The translations under genes were made by a program, and so were the position numbers. The notes beneath the pieces were generated by a model, which did not search any database, was not told the origin of the DNA, and saw only the letters and a program-made list of their open reading frames with translations. Positions 20,861 through 31,117 of a stretch of 64,000 bases of DNA are shown here, piece by piece. Origin of the DNA: an uncultured Spirochaetota bacterium. Lineage in GTDB: Bacteria; Spirochaetota; Brevinematia; Brevinematales; JAOACQ01. The number at the start of each line of letters is the position of its first letter. Position 1 is the first letter of the stretch. The DNA is taken from NCBI GenBank assembly GCA_963783575.1, contig CAWAOD010000010.1, forward strand, positions 96,001 to 160,000, read 5' to 3'.

Positions 20861-21185
20861 ATGATTCTTTGGCATAGAATCCAGCCGAAGTCTTTTATTG
20901 ATATGCATGTCTTTTTAGATAAAACCCTTTTGAAATCAACTCCCGGATAAAATGTCTTGGTAAAGATTTATCCAAACATAACAAAAGTAAGAAGTCAAAA
21001 CGGCCTTATTCGTGAAAATAAACCATTTTTACAAACGATTTTATTCTCTTGCAGATAGGATTTGAAAACAAACTGGAGAACCTTATAGCTCCACTACTAA
21101 ATCCTTTCAATTAGAAATCACGGCAAAACTATGAAGGTTTTATCCAAAAGATTGTATTCTTTTCCCCAAACGTTTTTTTTGTTTT

Positions 21186-24100
21186 TTACCACCCGCCTTC
21201 GTGGTACAACATATCGACCTCCTGAGAAGAAATCGCCCGATTATAGACGCGGATATCATCAATATAACCATTGAAAGGATACCAGGTATCGGCAAGTATA
21301 CCTACGTTGAAACCGTAAGACGTATAATAAACTAGCGGACCGGAATAATCCGCAGCGGCCGCAACTAAAGTATCGTTTATATAAAGCGAAAGACCCACAC
21401 CTGTCTGATAAATCATTACGGCATGGTACCAGGTATTCTGCTGAATATTGGTGTAGATTAAATAAACACCACTGGCAGGGTATGCGGATATCCATGCCTG
21501 AAGCGAATGATTGTCTGCCATAAGTAAGTGGTAACCCCATGAATCCGTATTGTCTATACCTTCATTGATGATATAAGTTCCTCCGGTAGTGCTGGCAGTA
21601 GTATAAAACCAGACAGACACACTAACACTTTGTGAAGGCTGTAGAATAACCGACGTTGAAGGTGAAGGATCGATATATCCGTTTATAAATGAATATGCGT
21701 TATTAGCTACTCCAAATCTATCTGTCGTAGGCGTTACACTTCCGCTCAAGATTCCGTTGAGACCGCTACTGCTCTGATCGTTGATACTGCCTGCTGTAAA
21801 TGGATAATAAAGAATCAGTCCATTGTTGGTATCTGCGGCGGTTGGTGCGCCAACGGTAATATTGGTGATATTGGTCGCGGTTGCTCCATCGTCGCCGAAA
21901 GCTACTGCCGCAACAGAATAACTACCTGTTGCCAAAGAAGGCCACAGTACGTTGTAAGGTGCGTTCGTTGAGTTTCCGATCAGTGTGCCGTTGTTGTAAT
22001 AGCTGACGTTAGTGACCAGTACCGGACTGCCGTTCGTCGAAGCCGTTAAAATGATATTCGCCGGGGCATTCAGCGTTGTACCGGAAACCGGAGTAAGTAT
22101 AGAAATGGAGGGTGAAGAACCGCCGGGATTCACCACCGTAATGTTTGAAACAGTAAACGTACAGTTATTGAACACTTTATTCATGACGTTAACATAAATA
22201 ACATTGTAAAATCCCACCGATAGAGGCTTTGTAGCAGTCCAGTTTGTTCCTGTAAGGGTTGGGCTGTCAAAATTTCCTCCATTTGTTATGATTGTTATGT
22301 TGCTGATTCCCGACAGGTCATCTTCAGCGCTGCCCGCCAGAGTAAAGTTTGTTACCTGGTCATAATCGGCAAGATTGAATACATCCAGCAACGGCGCATT
22401 GGTATCGACAATCACCCTGTCAGTGATCGTTTTCGAGTTGCCAGCGTTGTCCTGTATGTAGGCAATCACTATATTTGTGAAGTTTGCTGTAAACATAGGT
22501 GCGTTAACCCCCCAGCTTCCCATCGAGGTATTCTGATTAATTCCGTTCAATGTTACCCAGAATGTCTTAACCCCGCTGCCGGTTTCATTCGTAGTGCCTG
22601 AAAGAGGCGGAAAGATGCTGCTTGTTAAATATCCGTCGGTAAAGCTCGTAATTTCAACATCCGGCGGAGTCGTATCAACCGTAAAATTAATGTTAGTAAT
22701 TATACTTGAATTTCCGGCTTTATCCAGCGCCCAGATGTTTATAGTATGAGCACCATCTGTAAAACCGTTCAAATTAATCGTTCCGTTTGCTGTTGTTGAA
22801 AATACATTATTTACTCCGCCGTCAGCCTGGTATAATTCCTGCAATATACCCGATCCTGAATCTGAACCGGTCACATTAATTGCAATGCTGCTAATATTGG
22901 TTAATACTGGAATCACCGTACTGACATTTATTAGAGGCTTTATTGTATCAACTATAAATGTGTTTGTCGCCGGGTAATTTGTTTTCCCATTATCACTAAC
23001 TACTTTAAGAATTAAAGTATTGGTTCCTTCCGGCAAAGGCCCGACCGATGAAGCCGTTCCCCAATTATTTCCGCCTGTATTATTGCAGGATAATGGAGAG
23101 TTCATCGCGTTGTTTGTAATTATAAATACCAATGTAACGGTAAAAGGAGAAGCCACACTTGCTGTGCAGGCCACGTTCGGCATTATATAATTAAAGTTGG
23201 TAGCGGTATTATCCGCCGGAATGATTATTGATCCTGTCGGTATAGCGGGGCATACTACCCATATACTATTTGTCGGTGTGGAATTTCCAGCCTTATCGAC
23301 AGCGTAATAATAGTTCGTATATATTCCATATCCAAGAGTCGCGATATTCGAACAGGTATTTCCGTTCATACCCATCTGGGCATAGCTCCCCCCTCCGATA
23401 CTGGCATACGCCTTATCCACCCCGGCAAGATTATCGGTAACGCTGATTGTAAATGTAAAATTACTGCCGACATCTTCACCGTTTGTTGCCAGGACATTGA
23501 ATATTACCGGACTGATGGTATCCATGATTATGTAATTTGTAGATGAATAATTTGTTTTATCGCTTGAGCCTATTGCCCTCACCATAACTGTGTTAGACAA
23601 ATTTGCCGTCAGCGTAGCAAGAAATGTCCAGTTTGACGATACCGGCGTATAAACCGCTGCCTGGTATGCCCCGCCATTTATGCTCACCGCGACATTTGTG
23701 CTTGCTATACTATAGAACGTGTCTATATATGCCAGCCCGCTCAGATTAATAGCCGCGGTATTCGTTATAAGATTGATAAACTGTGCGTTTACAGTCACCG
23801 ATGGCACATCGCTCAATGTCACCACTATATTCGTATAATTTGCCGACTTATTCCCAGCATTATCATAGGCGCATACTATATTCGTATGGCTTCCCGATGT
23901 CAGACCGCTGAAATTCGTTAACCAGGTATTCCCCGACAATGCGGCCAAACCGAATGATCCCCCGTCCTGCTGTACTTCTACATTACTGATACCGCTCATC
24001 GCATCAATTACAGTTCCCCCGAATGTGTACCCGCTGCCATTAGTACTTCCGCTCGCGGGTGTTATCCCGCTTATAACAGGAGGCACGCTGTCCACTATCA

Positions 24101-24536
24101 CTGTCACTACCGGGGAGACACTGGTTTTACCGGTATTGCCGACTGCCATGGCCTGAAGGGTGTTTGTCTGATTTGAAAGAAATACCACAGCATTGGTTGA
24201 CCAGTTGATGTTAGTAAAATTTGTCCCAATATTGAAATAAACCCCGTTATTTATATTCAATTCAATCTGAGATATTGTAAACCCGCTGCCGATTACTGCA
24301 GTTCCGCTTATGTTCATTATATTATTACTGACCGCCATATTGTTTGACGGATAATTGACCGTAATAACCGGCATATCGTTTGTTGATATGGCCGCGCTTG
24401 ACGAAGATTCCACACTTGACGATGACTGCTTCTGTACGATTTCTTCGTAAATATCAGGGGGATAAAAGAGCTGGCAGGCAGATATTATTAAAATCATTAT
24501 AACAATTACAATATATAATTTCATTATCCCTTTCAT
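21186..24536 (-). CDS. Large surface lipoprotein with multiple bacterial Ig-like domains and a C-terminal LamG/concanavalin-like domain
   Basis: Lipobox ISAC, Ser linker, repeated D(K/N)AGN..VDT.PP motifs, C-terminal FNGYIDDIRVYNRAISSQEV. Confidence 0.87.
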   Translation of the reverse strand: MKGIMKLYIVIVIMILIISACQLFYPPDIYEEIVQKQSSSSVESSSSAAISTNDMPVITVNYPSNNMAVSNNIMNISGTAVIGSGFTISQIELNINNGVYFNIGTNFTNINWSTNAVVFLSNQTNTLQAMAVGNTGKTSVSPVVTVIVDSVPPVISGITPASGSTNGSGYTFGGTVIDAMSGISNVEVQQDGGSFGLAALSGNTWLTNFSGLTSGSHTNIVCAYDNAGNKSANYTNIVVTLSDVPSVTVNAQFINLITNTAAINLSGLAYIDTFYSIASTNVAVSINGGAYQAAVYTPVSSNWTFLATLTANLSNTVMVRAIGSSDKTNYSSTNYIIMDTISPVIFNVLATNGEDVGSNFTFTISVTDNLAGVDKAYASIGGGSYAQMGMNGNTCSNIATLGYGIYTNYYYAVDKAGNSTPTNSIWVVCPAIPTGSIIIPADNTATNFNYIMPNVACTASVASPFTVTLVFIITNNAMNSPLSCNNTGGNNWGTASSVGPLPEGTNTLILKVVSDNGKTNYPATNTFIVDTIKPLINVSTVIPVLTNISSIAINVTGSDSGSGILQELYQADGGVNNVFSTTANGTINLNGFTDGAHTINIWALDKAGNSSIITNINFTVDTTPPDVEITSFTDGYLTSSIFPPLSGTTNETGSGVKTFWVTLNGINQNTSMGSWGVNAPMFTANFTNIVIAYIQDNAGNSKTITDRVIVDTNAPLLDVFNLADYDQVTNFTLAGSAEDDLSGISNITIITNGGNFDSPTLTGTNWTATKPLSVGFYNVIYVNVMNKVFNNCTFTVSNITVVNPGGSSPSISILTPVSGTTLNAPANIILTASTNGSPVLVTNVSYYNNGTLIGNSTNAPYNVLWPSLATGSYSVAAVAFGDDGATATNITNITVGAPTAADTNNGLILYYPFTAGSINDQSSSGLNGILSGSVTPTTDRFGVANNAYSFINGYIDPSPSTSVILQPSQSVSVSVWFYTTASTTGGTYIINEGIDNTDSWGYHLLMADNHSLQAWISAYPASGVYLIYTNIQQNTWYHAVMIYQTGVGLSLYINDTLVAAAADYSGPLVYYTSYGFNVGILADTWYPFNGYIDDIRVYNRAISSQEVDMLYHEGGW

Positions 24537-24628
24537 ATAACCCCCGGTTTTATAAAATTATTCTGTAATTTTTAATTGTTTTTTAAATATAGATTTGGAT
24601 TTTTGATTTTTAAATATTATTTCTATTT

Positions 24629-24657
24629 ATTATGTGATATATAGAAATTATTGTCAA
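24629..24657 (-). promoter_or_regulatory. sigma70 promoter of the Ig-repeat lipoprotein
   Basis: Minus strand TTGACA-17 bp-CATAAT. Confidence 0.6.
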
Positions 24658-24757
24658 GTTAGAATTATTAAAATTGTTATATTTTTTTGGGTTGATTTGA
24701 GAAATGTTAAAAATATAAGCTCGAAATAAAAATTTAAAAGTTAATAGGGAGACTTTT

Positions 24758-25192
24758 TCAATTCTCAATTTTCATGTTAAATATAGATTCGATTCTTGCA
24801 AATTCAATCCTGGCGGATCTTATTCGAATTGCCGATTTTTCTATTAATTCTTTTAAAACTTTGAAATCAATCGGTTTGTTCATTATATAGTCCACAAGTT
24901 CTTTTATGGTCAATACTTCCGCAAGTTCTCTTGAAACATAGGAAGATATAAGAATACTTACAAAATCGCTGTATTTTTTCTTAACTGTTGAAAGAACATC
25001 CGTACCGCTTAGTTTCGGCATATTATGATCGATTATAATAATATCGTAATGATTTTTTATCAGTTCATCGAGTGCCAAAGACGAGTCCGTATAAGTTTGT
25101 ATGTCATAATCAACGATATTCATTTTAATCTCATTTAATATAGCCGGTTCGTCATCAATAGCCATAATTAAAATATCACTATTTTTTCCCAT
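24758..25192 (-). CDS. Single-domain response regulator (REC)
   Basis: AIDDEP, IIIDHNMPKLSG, MNKP motifs. Confidence 0.85.
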   Translation of the reverse strand: MGKNSDILIMAIDDEPAILNEIKMNIVDYDIQTYTDSSLALDELIKNHYDIIIIDHNMPKLSGTDVLSTVKKKYSDFVSILISSYVSRELAEVLTIKELVDYIMNKPIDFKVLKELIEKSAIRIRSARIEFARIESIFNMKIEN

Positions 25193-25285
25193 TTTAATCT
25201 CCGATAATATTATTATCCCAGATTTTTCATTTAATACAACCACTATTTTATCGGTAATAATATGCTGAAAATTTATTCGCAGGTC

Positions 25286-26485
25286 TTACTGTGTCTTTAT
25301 CAACCTTCCAAATTCAGCACCGAATTCCTTGCCTTTTTTTAATTCCTCGCTATCCGGGCCGCCCGGGAATTCAAAACTCATGGCCATATCCCAGTTTAAC
25401 GGCTCAATAATCTTTTTAATTTCATTTAAAGCTCCCTTACTCCATCCATAACTGCCGAACATGGCCGTCTTTTTATTCATAACCCTTTTTAAAGCCGCCA
25501 TTTCAAGGACCTGGGCTATAGGCGGGAAAAGGCTAACCTCATATGTCGGAGCACCTATCAATACTCCTTTCTGAGTCCAGAGCGAAGGCAGAATATAGCT
25601 AGGATGCGTGCGTGCCGCATCAAAAATATTTACCGCTACTCCTTCGCTTGAAATCCCCTGGGCAACCGCGTTCATCATCATTTCGGTGTTACCGTACATA
25701 CTTCCATAGATCAGGGTTATGCCTGTCTCAGCCGGATTAGTTGCATATTCCGACCATTTTTTATAGAGATTTAAGATAAGTTCCGGATGTTTCCTCCAGA
25801 TTAGTCCATGCGAAGGGGCAATAATATTAACAGGCAGGTCTTTGACTTTTTCAATTGCATTTAATACAGGGCGGGTAAATTTAGCGACAATATTTACAAA
25901 ATACCGGAGTGATTCCCTCTGATAAAAACTTAAGTCCTCATACTCATCATCGAAAATAGCTCCGCTTAACGCGCCGAAACCTCCGAACGCATCGCAGGAA
26001 AAAAGTATTTTTTCGCTTTTTTCATAAGTAAACATCGTTTCCGGCCAATGGACAAAAGGGACATGAACGAACTTAAGAGTTTTTTTCCCAAGGGAGATTT
26101 CCTCACCATCTTGAACTTCGCGAATATTCGTATTTATTTGGTAAAAATCCTGAAGCATTTTTCTTGCTTTAGGAGTTGTGAGTATGGTTATATTCGGCGC
26201 AATCTTCCTTAACAAATGCAGTACTCCGGTGTGATCGGGTTCCATGTGGTTTAAAATAACATAATCCACTTCAGGTAGTTTTAAGACCTGGTCTATCTGG
26301 TCAAAGTAATTGTCCGATTTTATTGATTTTGCAAGATCGATGATAACTTTTTTTTCATCATTGATAAGATAAGAATTATAAGAGACGCCTTCTTTAGTAA
26401 TAGGCCATAGGCCTTCAAATAAATCGGTTGTTCTGTCATTAACTCCGATCCAGTAAATATCATTCTTCAATTCAATAGAAGCCAT
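25286..26485 (-). CDS. fprA: Flavodiiron protein (FprA/A-type flavoprotein)
   Basis: HMEPDH, HWPET, SCDAFG, PSHG, YGSMYGNTE, FGSYGWS. Confidence 0.93.
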   Translation of the reverse strand: MASIELKNDIYWIGVNDRTTDLFEGLWPITKEGVSYNSYLINDEKKVIIDLAKSIKSDNYFDQIDQVLKLPEVDYVILNHMEPDHTGVLHLLRKIAPNITILTTPKARKMLQDFYQINTNIREVQDGEEISLGKKTLKFVHVPFVHWPETMFTYEKSEKILFSCDAFGGFGALSGAIFDDEYEDLSFYQRESLRYFVNIVAKFTRPVLNAIEKVKDLPVNIIAPSHGLIWRKHPELILNLYKKWSEYATNPAETGITLIYGSMYGNTEMMMNAVAQGISSEGVAVNIFDAARTHPSYILPSLWTQKGVLIGAPTYEVSLFPPIAQVLEMAALKRVMNKKTAMFGSYGWSKGALNEIKKIIEPLNWDMAMSFEFPGGPDSEELKKGKEFGAEFGRLIKTQ

Positions 26486-26676
26486 AACACTCTCCCAAAA
26501 CTTTAGCTTATAAAAATATGCCTATGAAATAATAAAATAATCCAAAAAAAATAACAACAAATTTCCTTGTTAAAATATTCCGGCTACAGATAAAAATTAC
26601 TTGATTAAATCAAAATATTAACACAAAATAAATAGGTTACAAAATTAAATTAATTAACTTGAACGGAGATTGTATT

Positions 26677-27507
26677 ATGGGTCAAATGATTGAAACTGCC
26701 TCGTTATTTCCGGAATTAAACAGGAGGCTTATCGGACTTTTACAAGAATTAAATCCTGGCGAATGGAACAGCCCGACGCTTTTTCCGAAATGGAAAGTTA
26801 AGGATATTGCTGCTCATTTATTGGATACGTCAATAAGAAGATTGTCATTTCAAAGAGATAATTATGTTCTTGAACCCGGAAGAACAATTTCCACATACAT
26901 CGATCTGACAAAATACCTTACGGATATTGCCGATGAATGGGCCTCAGCCTTAAGCCGGGTAAGTACGGTTATTTTAATTCAACTGATTGAAGAATATCAA
27001 AACCAACTGGCCGGGTTTCTGAAGACCATCGATCCATATGGTACAGCTCCTTTCAGCATAGCATGGGCCGGCGAAGAAAAGTCGTTCAACTGGTTTGATA
27101 TTGCGCGGGAATACACGGAACGATGGCACCATCAAATGCAGATAAGGGATGTTTTAAATAAGCCCCCATTATATGACAGAAATATATACTATCCGGTTAT
27201 TGATACGTTCATGCGTGCCCTTCCATATCATTACCGGGACATTAGCGCAGATGAGGGGCATATTCTTTGTGTTTCAATAAACGGAGAAGCGGGAGGCAGG
27301 TGGTATTTAAAAAGAAAAAATCAAACCTGGATACTTCATAATCAAAATGATGAGATTCCTCATACAATTGTTACAATAGAAAATGAGGCTGCCTGGAAGA
27401 TATTTGTAAAATGGGGCGATATAAAAAAACATTTTGAAATGATTAAAATATCAGGCGATGAATCATTGGGAAGGCATATTCTGGATATGACCTGTATTAT
27501 GATATAG
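26677..27507 (+). CDS. Maleylpyruvate isomerase N-terminal domain (DinB superfamily) protein
   Basis: W..PTLFPKWKVKDIAAHL and ERWHHQMQIR motifs. Confidence 0.8.
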   Translation: MGQMIETASLFPELNRRLIGLLQELNPGEWNSPTLFPKWKVKDIAAHLLDTSIRRLSFQRDNYVLEPGRTISTYIDLTKYLTDIADEWASALSRVSTVILIQLIEEYQNQLAGFLKTIDPYGTAPFSIAWAGEEKSFNWFDIAREYTERWHHQMQIRDVLNKPPLYDRNIYYPVIDTFMRALPYHYRDISADEGHILCVSINGEAGGRWYLKRKNQTWILHNQNDEIPHTIVTIENEAAWKIFVKWGDIKKHFEMIKISGDESLGRHILDMTCIMI

Positions 27508-27739
27508 GCGGCATCGTGTCGCTGTCGAACTTACGCTCGGCAATATTATAATAAAATAAAAGCTTTTATGGAAGTTCCTATTCCCTTGGTTGCTTGAGCT
27601 GGTTTACGACGCCGTGTCGCTTGACGAATAAAGTTCGGCGTCCTGCGGATTTTAGGGTAGCTCTTATGGCGCCCATAATTACTTGTAATTGCTGGATTAA
27701 AAAGCTTTTTATATTTGAATAAAAAGTTTGGGGGAAATT

Positions 27740-28555
27740 ATGAATAATCAAATCCTATCAATCATTCTTGCTTTTGCAGGAAGTTCCATAATTAATCTTG
27801 CGCAGGCTGTGCAAAAAATCGGGTTAGATATATCCGAAGAAAGAAAAATGAAAAAATGGGGAATATGGCTCATCGGAACAGCATTAATGATGACCGGTCC
27901 TCTGGTTATACAATACGCCACTTCATTCGGCGGGGCAACCCTGGTCGGGGCGATGAGCGGGACCGGCCTTGCAACTTTGACTTTATTTTCTCACTTTGTA
28001 ATGAAAGAGAAGATAAAACCCAATGAATTAGCCGGAGTTGCTGTAATTCTTACAGCCTCAGTTTTTATCGGTATTTTTTCCACCGGTGCGGCTGTAAAAT
28101 CCACAATTGATTTATTGCAGTTATATGTTTTCGTCGCTGTCGTTACTTTTATTTATATATTATTTACTATTATTTCATTAAAAACAAACAGGATGGCAGG
28201 CATTATAATAGGGGGATTCGCAGGCGCTGTCGGAGGGTTTGTTACACTGTTCCAGAAAGTGACAACTTCAAACCCGGCAGGTGCCGTTTCCATTTTTACC
28301 AATCCTTTTTTTTATACATGGATAATCGTTTCACTCTTTTCTTTTTTTATCCTCCAGTTTTCTTATAATAAAGATAAAGCTATCCGCATTGTACCATCAT
28401 TTTCAGCAAATTTTATAATTATACCTGTGCTCGGCGGAGTAATTTGTTATCATGAAATATTAAATATATTCCAATGGATCGGAATTCTATTGATATTTTG
28501 CGGTGTACTGATAATCACTATCCGCCGGAGTAATAAATCCCGGGAAATGTTATAA
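27740..28555 (+). CDS. DMT superfamily transporter (NIPA Mg2+-transporter-like)
   Basis: About nine TM segments; NLAQAVQK, W.IG..LM..G, MKEKI, YHE.L pattern. Confidence 0.72.
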   Translation: MNNQILSIILAFAGSSIINLAQAVQKIGLDISEERKMKKWGIWLIGTALMMTGPLVIQYATSFGGATLVGAMSGTGLATLTLFSHFVMKEKIKPNELAGVAVILTASVFIGIFSTGAAVKSTIDLLQLYVFVAVVTFIYILFTIISLKTNRMAGIIIGGFAGAVGGFVTLFQKVTTSNPAGAVSIFTNPFFYTWIIVSLFSFFILQFSYNKDKAIRIVPSFSANFIIIPVLGGVICYHEILNIFQWIGILLIFCGVLIITIRRSNKSREML

Positions 28556-28557
28556 AA

Positions 28558-29229
28558 TCATTTCCCTTTATCGACCTTTGCCCAGTCTATCTTCACCCCG
28601 ATTTTCCCGGCAATTTGATCCAAAGTTTGATCATTATGATAAAGCAAGCCTGCCGGCTCATAAGTTATTCCGCTGTCTGTTTTAGTATAGCGGAAAGCCT
28701 TATGATGAGATGATTTTATCTGTGTAATATTTGTACCGTTCTTTCCGGACAAATTCACTATGCCGTTACAGTCACAGATATAGGTATTGGTTTCATCTTC
28801 GGCTTTTATAAAGAAAGTTGTACCTCTTACCGAAGCGACAGAAACCGCTGTTTCAACAATGAAAGCCGAATTATTCTTCTTCTTGAACGGATTAAGGTTT
28901 TTCAGGATACAGGCAATGCCCCCGGAATTAATATTGAGGATTTTATGAGTTTCTGTTATGTCAAGCGTAATCTCGCTGTTTTCGATAATATGGATTATAT
29001 TTTTTTCATTAAAAATGATTTCACATTCAGAGTCTTTGCCTGTTTTCACAATGCTTCCGGAAAGAACCGGAGCATCAATTTTTGCCGGCTGACCGTTAAC
29101 AGTTACATCTCCCGTAAAAAAACCGATCTTTCCGTTGAACACAAACATATTCTTTTTCGCTCCAAAGACAACCGATAAATTAAGGATTAAAATAATACCG
29201 ATAAAAATTGGGACAAAGTTACTTCTCAT
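28558..29229 (-). CDS. Exported FecR-domain protein
   Basis: Signal peptide; VKTGKDS, ENSEI, TAVSVASVRGTTF. Confidence 0.8.
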   Translation of the reverse strand: MRSNFVPIFIGIILILNLSVVFGAKKNMFVFNGKIGFFTGDVTVNGQPAKIDAPVLSGSIVKTGKDSECEIIFNEKNIIHIIENSEITLDITETHKILNINSGGIACILKNLNPFKKKNNSAFIVETAVSVASVRGTTFFIKAEDETNTYICDCNGIVNLSGKNGTNITQIKSSHHKAFRYTKTDSGITYEPAGLLYHNDQTLDQIAGKIGVKIDWAKVDKGK

Positions 29230-29418
29230 TTTGATCCTCCTTATTTAAAATCATTTTAACATAGCCAATATAATAATAATGTTTTGTTCTTTCGGCAAGC
29301 CTGATAATCACAAAATAAGGATATTTCTTGTACTTTTAACGGCGGAAAAATAAAACTTTGAAATGAACAAATCGTTATTTCAATTTGAAGTTGACAACAA
29401 TCTGTTTATAAATAATAA

Positions 29419-29454
29419 TATTACAGTAATATTATTACAGTAATATTATTACAG
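29419..29454. repeat. 14-bp tandem repeat (about 2.6 copies) with palindromic core
   Basis: TATTACAGTAATAT twice plus TATTACAG. Confidence 0.85.
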
Positions 29455-29489
29455 AGATTAATTTTTAAATATTGTTCCGGAGTTTAATA

Positions 29490-30056
29490 ATGGAGAGATG
29501 CCCCTGGGGATTTAAAGATCCTCTTCTATTAAAATACCATGATGAGGAATGGGGCGTTCCTGTACATAATGAAACAAAACATTTTGAGTTTCTGCTACTA
29601 GAGGCAATGCAGGCAGGTCTTAGCTGGATGACTGTTTTGAGAAAGAGGCAAGAATTCAAACATTCCTTTGATAATTTTAACCCTGCTTTGATAGCGGAAT
29701 ATTCAGAAGATAAGATCCGGGATCTAATGAATAATCCGGGCATCATCAGAAATATCAGAAAAATAGAAGCCGCAATTAATAACGCCCGTATGTTCCTGAA
29801 GGCTGCGGAAGAATTCGGCAGCTTTGACAGTTATATCTGGTCATTTACCGGAAACAAAACAATTCATAACCAATGGGAAAAAATAAATGAACTTCCGGTA
29901 TTTACAGCCCTGTCCGATAGGATATCCGCGGATTTAAAAAAAAGAGGCTTCCGGTTCATTGGTACAACAACAGTTTACGCACATTTACAGGCTATCGGTA
30001 TTGTCAATGATCATTTAATCTCGTGCTTTCGCTATGAAGAGTTAAAAAACGGCTGA
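29490..30056 (+). CDS. tag: DNA-3-methyladenine glycosylase I
   Basis: RCPW, YHDEEWGVP, EAMQAGLSW, NDHLISC. Confidence 0.95.
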   Translation: MERCPWGFKDPLLLKYHDEEWGVPVHNETKHFEFLLLEAMQAGLSWMTVLRKRQEFKHSFDNFNPALIAEYSEDKIRDLMNNPGIIRNIRKIEAAINNARMFLKAAEEFGSFDSYIWSFTGNKTIHNQWEKINELPVFTALSDRISADLKKRGFRFIGTTTVYAHLQAIGIVNDHLISCFRYEELKNG

Positions 30057-30066
30057 AAAACAAAAC

Positions 30067-31108
30067 TTATTTAATTCCGAATCTTTTCATCTTCTGAGAA
30101 AGAGTATTCCGGTGAACTCCCAGTATTGAAGCGGCTTCCGAGATTTTCCAGTGGGATATTTCCAGAGCGTTAATAATCTGCGACTTTTCCATTTCATTAA
30201 GCTCAAGATTTGTGATTACAACATTGTCCTTCTTTATGAAATCAGTAATAGTATGAATATTACCGCTTGAAAGAGAAGCAAAGATATTTTCGGGAATATC
30301 CTCAAGGGAAATCTTGCTGTCATAAGTCATAATGATTGCATGGTGTATTGCATTTTCAAGCTGGCGTACGTTTCCCGACCAGCCGCTTGCAAGCAGGACC
30401 TTTATTACATCCTCATCTATGGAATCGATTCTAACATTTTCCGCATTCATGTAGTAATTTATAAAATGATTGATAAGGATCGGAATATCCTCTCTTCTTT
30501 CACGGAGTGGGGGAAGCCGGAGATAAATCACATTTAAACGGTAATAGAGGTCTTCACGAAAACGCGCTTTTGTAACATGCTGCCATAAGTCCCTGTTGGT
30601 AGCCGCAACTATTCTAACATCGATGGGGATATTCTCAAGCCCTCCGACACGTGTAATTACTTTATCCTCAATAACCCTCAGCATTTTGGATTGCAATGAT
30701 AAAGACATTTCGCTTATCTCATCCAGGAATATGGTGCCGGTATTGGCGAGCTCGAATTTACCGATTTTTCTTTTATTTGCGCCGGTAAAAGCCCCTCTTT
30801 CATAACCGAAGAGACTCGCTTTCCAGAAGAGTTTCAGGTATTTCGGCGCAGTTGAGCTTTACTAGAGGCCCGCTTTTTCTTGGACCCAGATTATGAACTG
30901 CCTGTGCGAAGAGTTCCTTTCCCGTGCCGCTTTCCCCTTCTATTAAAACGTTAGCATAGCTGTTCGCCGCTTTTTGAACCTTCCTGAAAGCCTGGACGAT
31001 TGCCTGTGACTGGCCTATTATTCCAAGCCTGTTCATTTGATTGATAATTTCCCGGCTGCCGGGATCGGATTTTGCCACAAAACTGCTGATGACATTAATA
31101 TAATCCAT
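30067..31108 (-). CDS. Sigma54-dependent activator (AAA+ and Fis HTH) with no sensory domain; 1-nt frameshift near 30814
   Basis: GESGTGKE; removing one base gives LESELFGYERGAFTGA..GTIFLDEI; RFREDLYYRL; C-terminal HTH. Confidence 0.88.
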
Positions 31109-31117
31109 ACTTTACCG

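Noticed and set aside
21115..21140. c-di-GMP-I riboswitch (GGCAAA start)
   Set aside because: Lacks the downstream GACGCAAAG and P2 elements and lies between convergent gene ends
29419..29454. CRISPR array
   Set aside because: Repeats are contiguous with no spacers, and no cas genes are in the window
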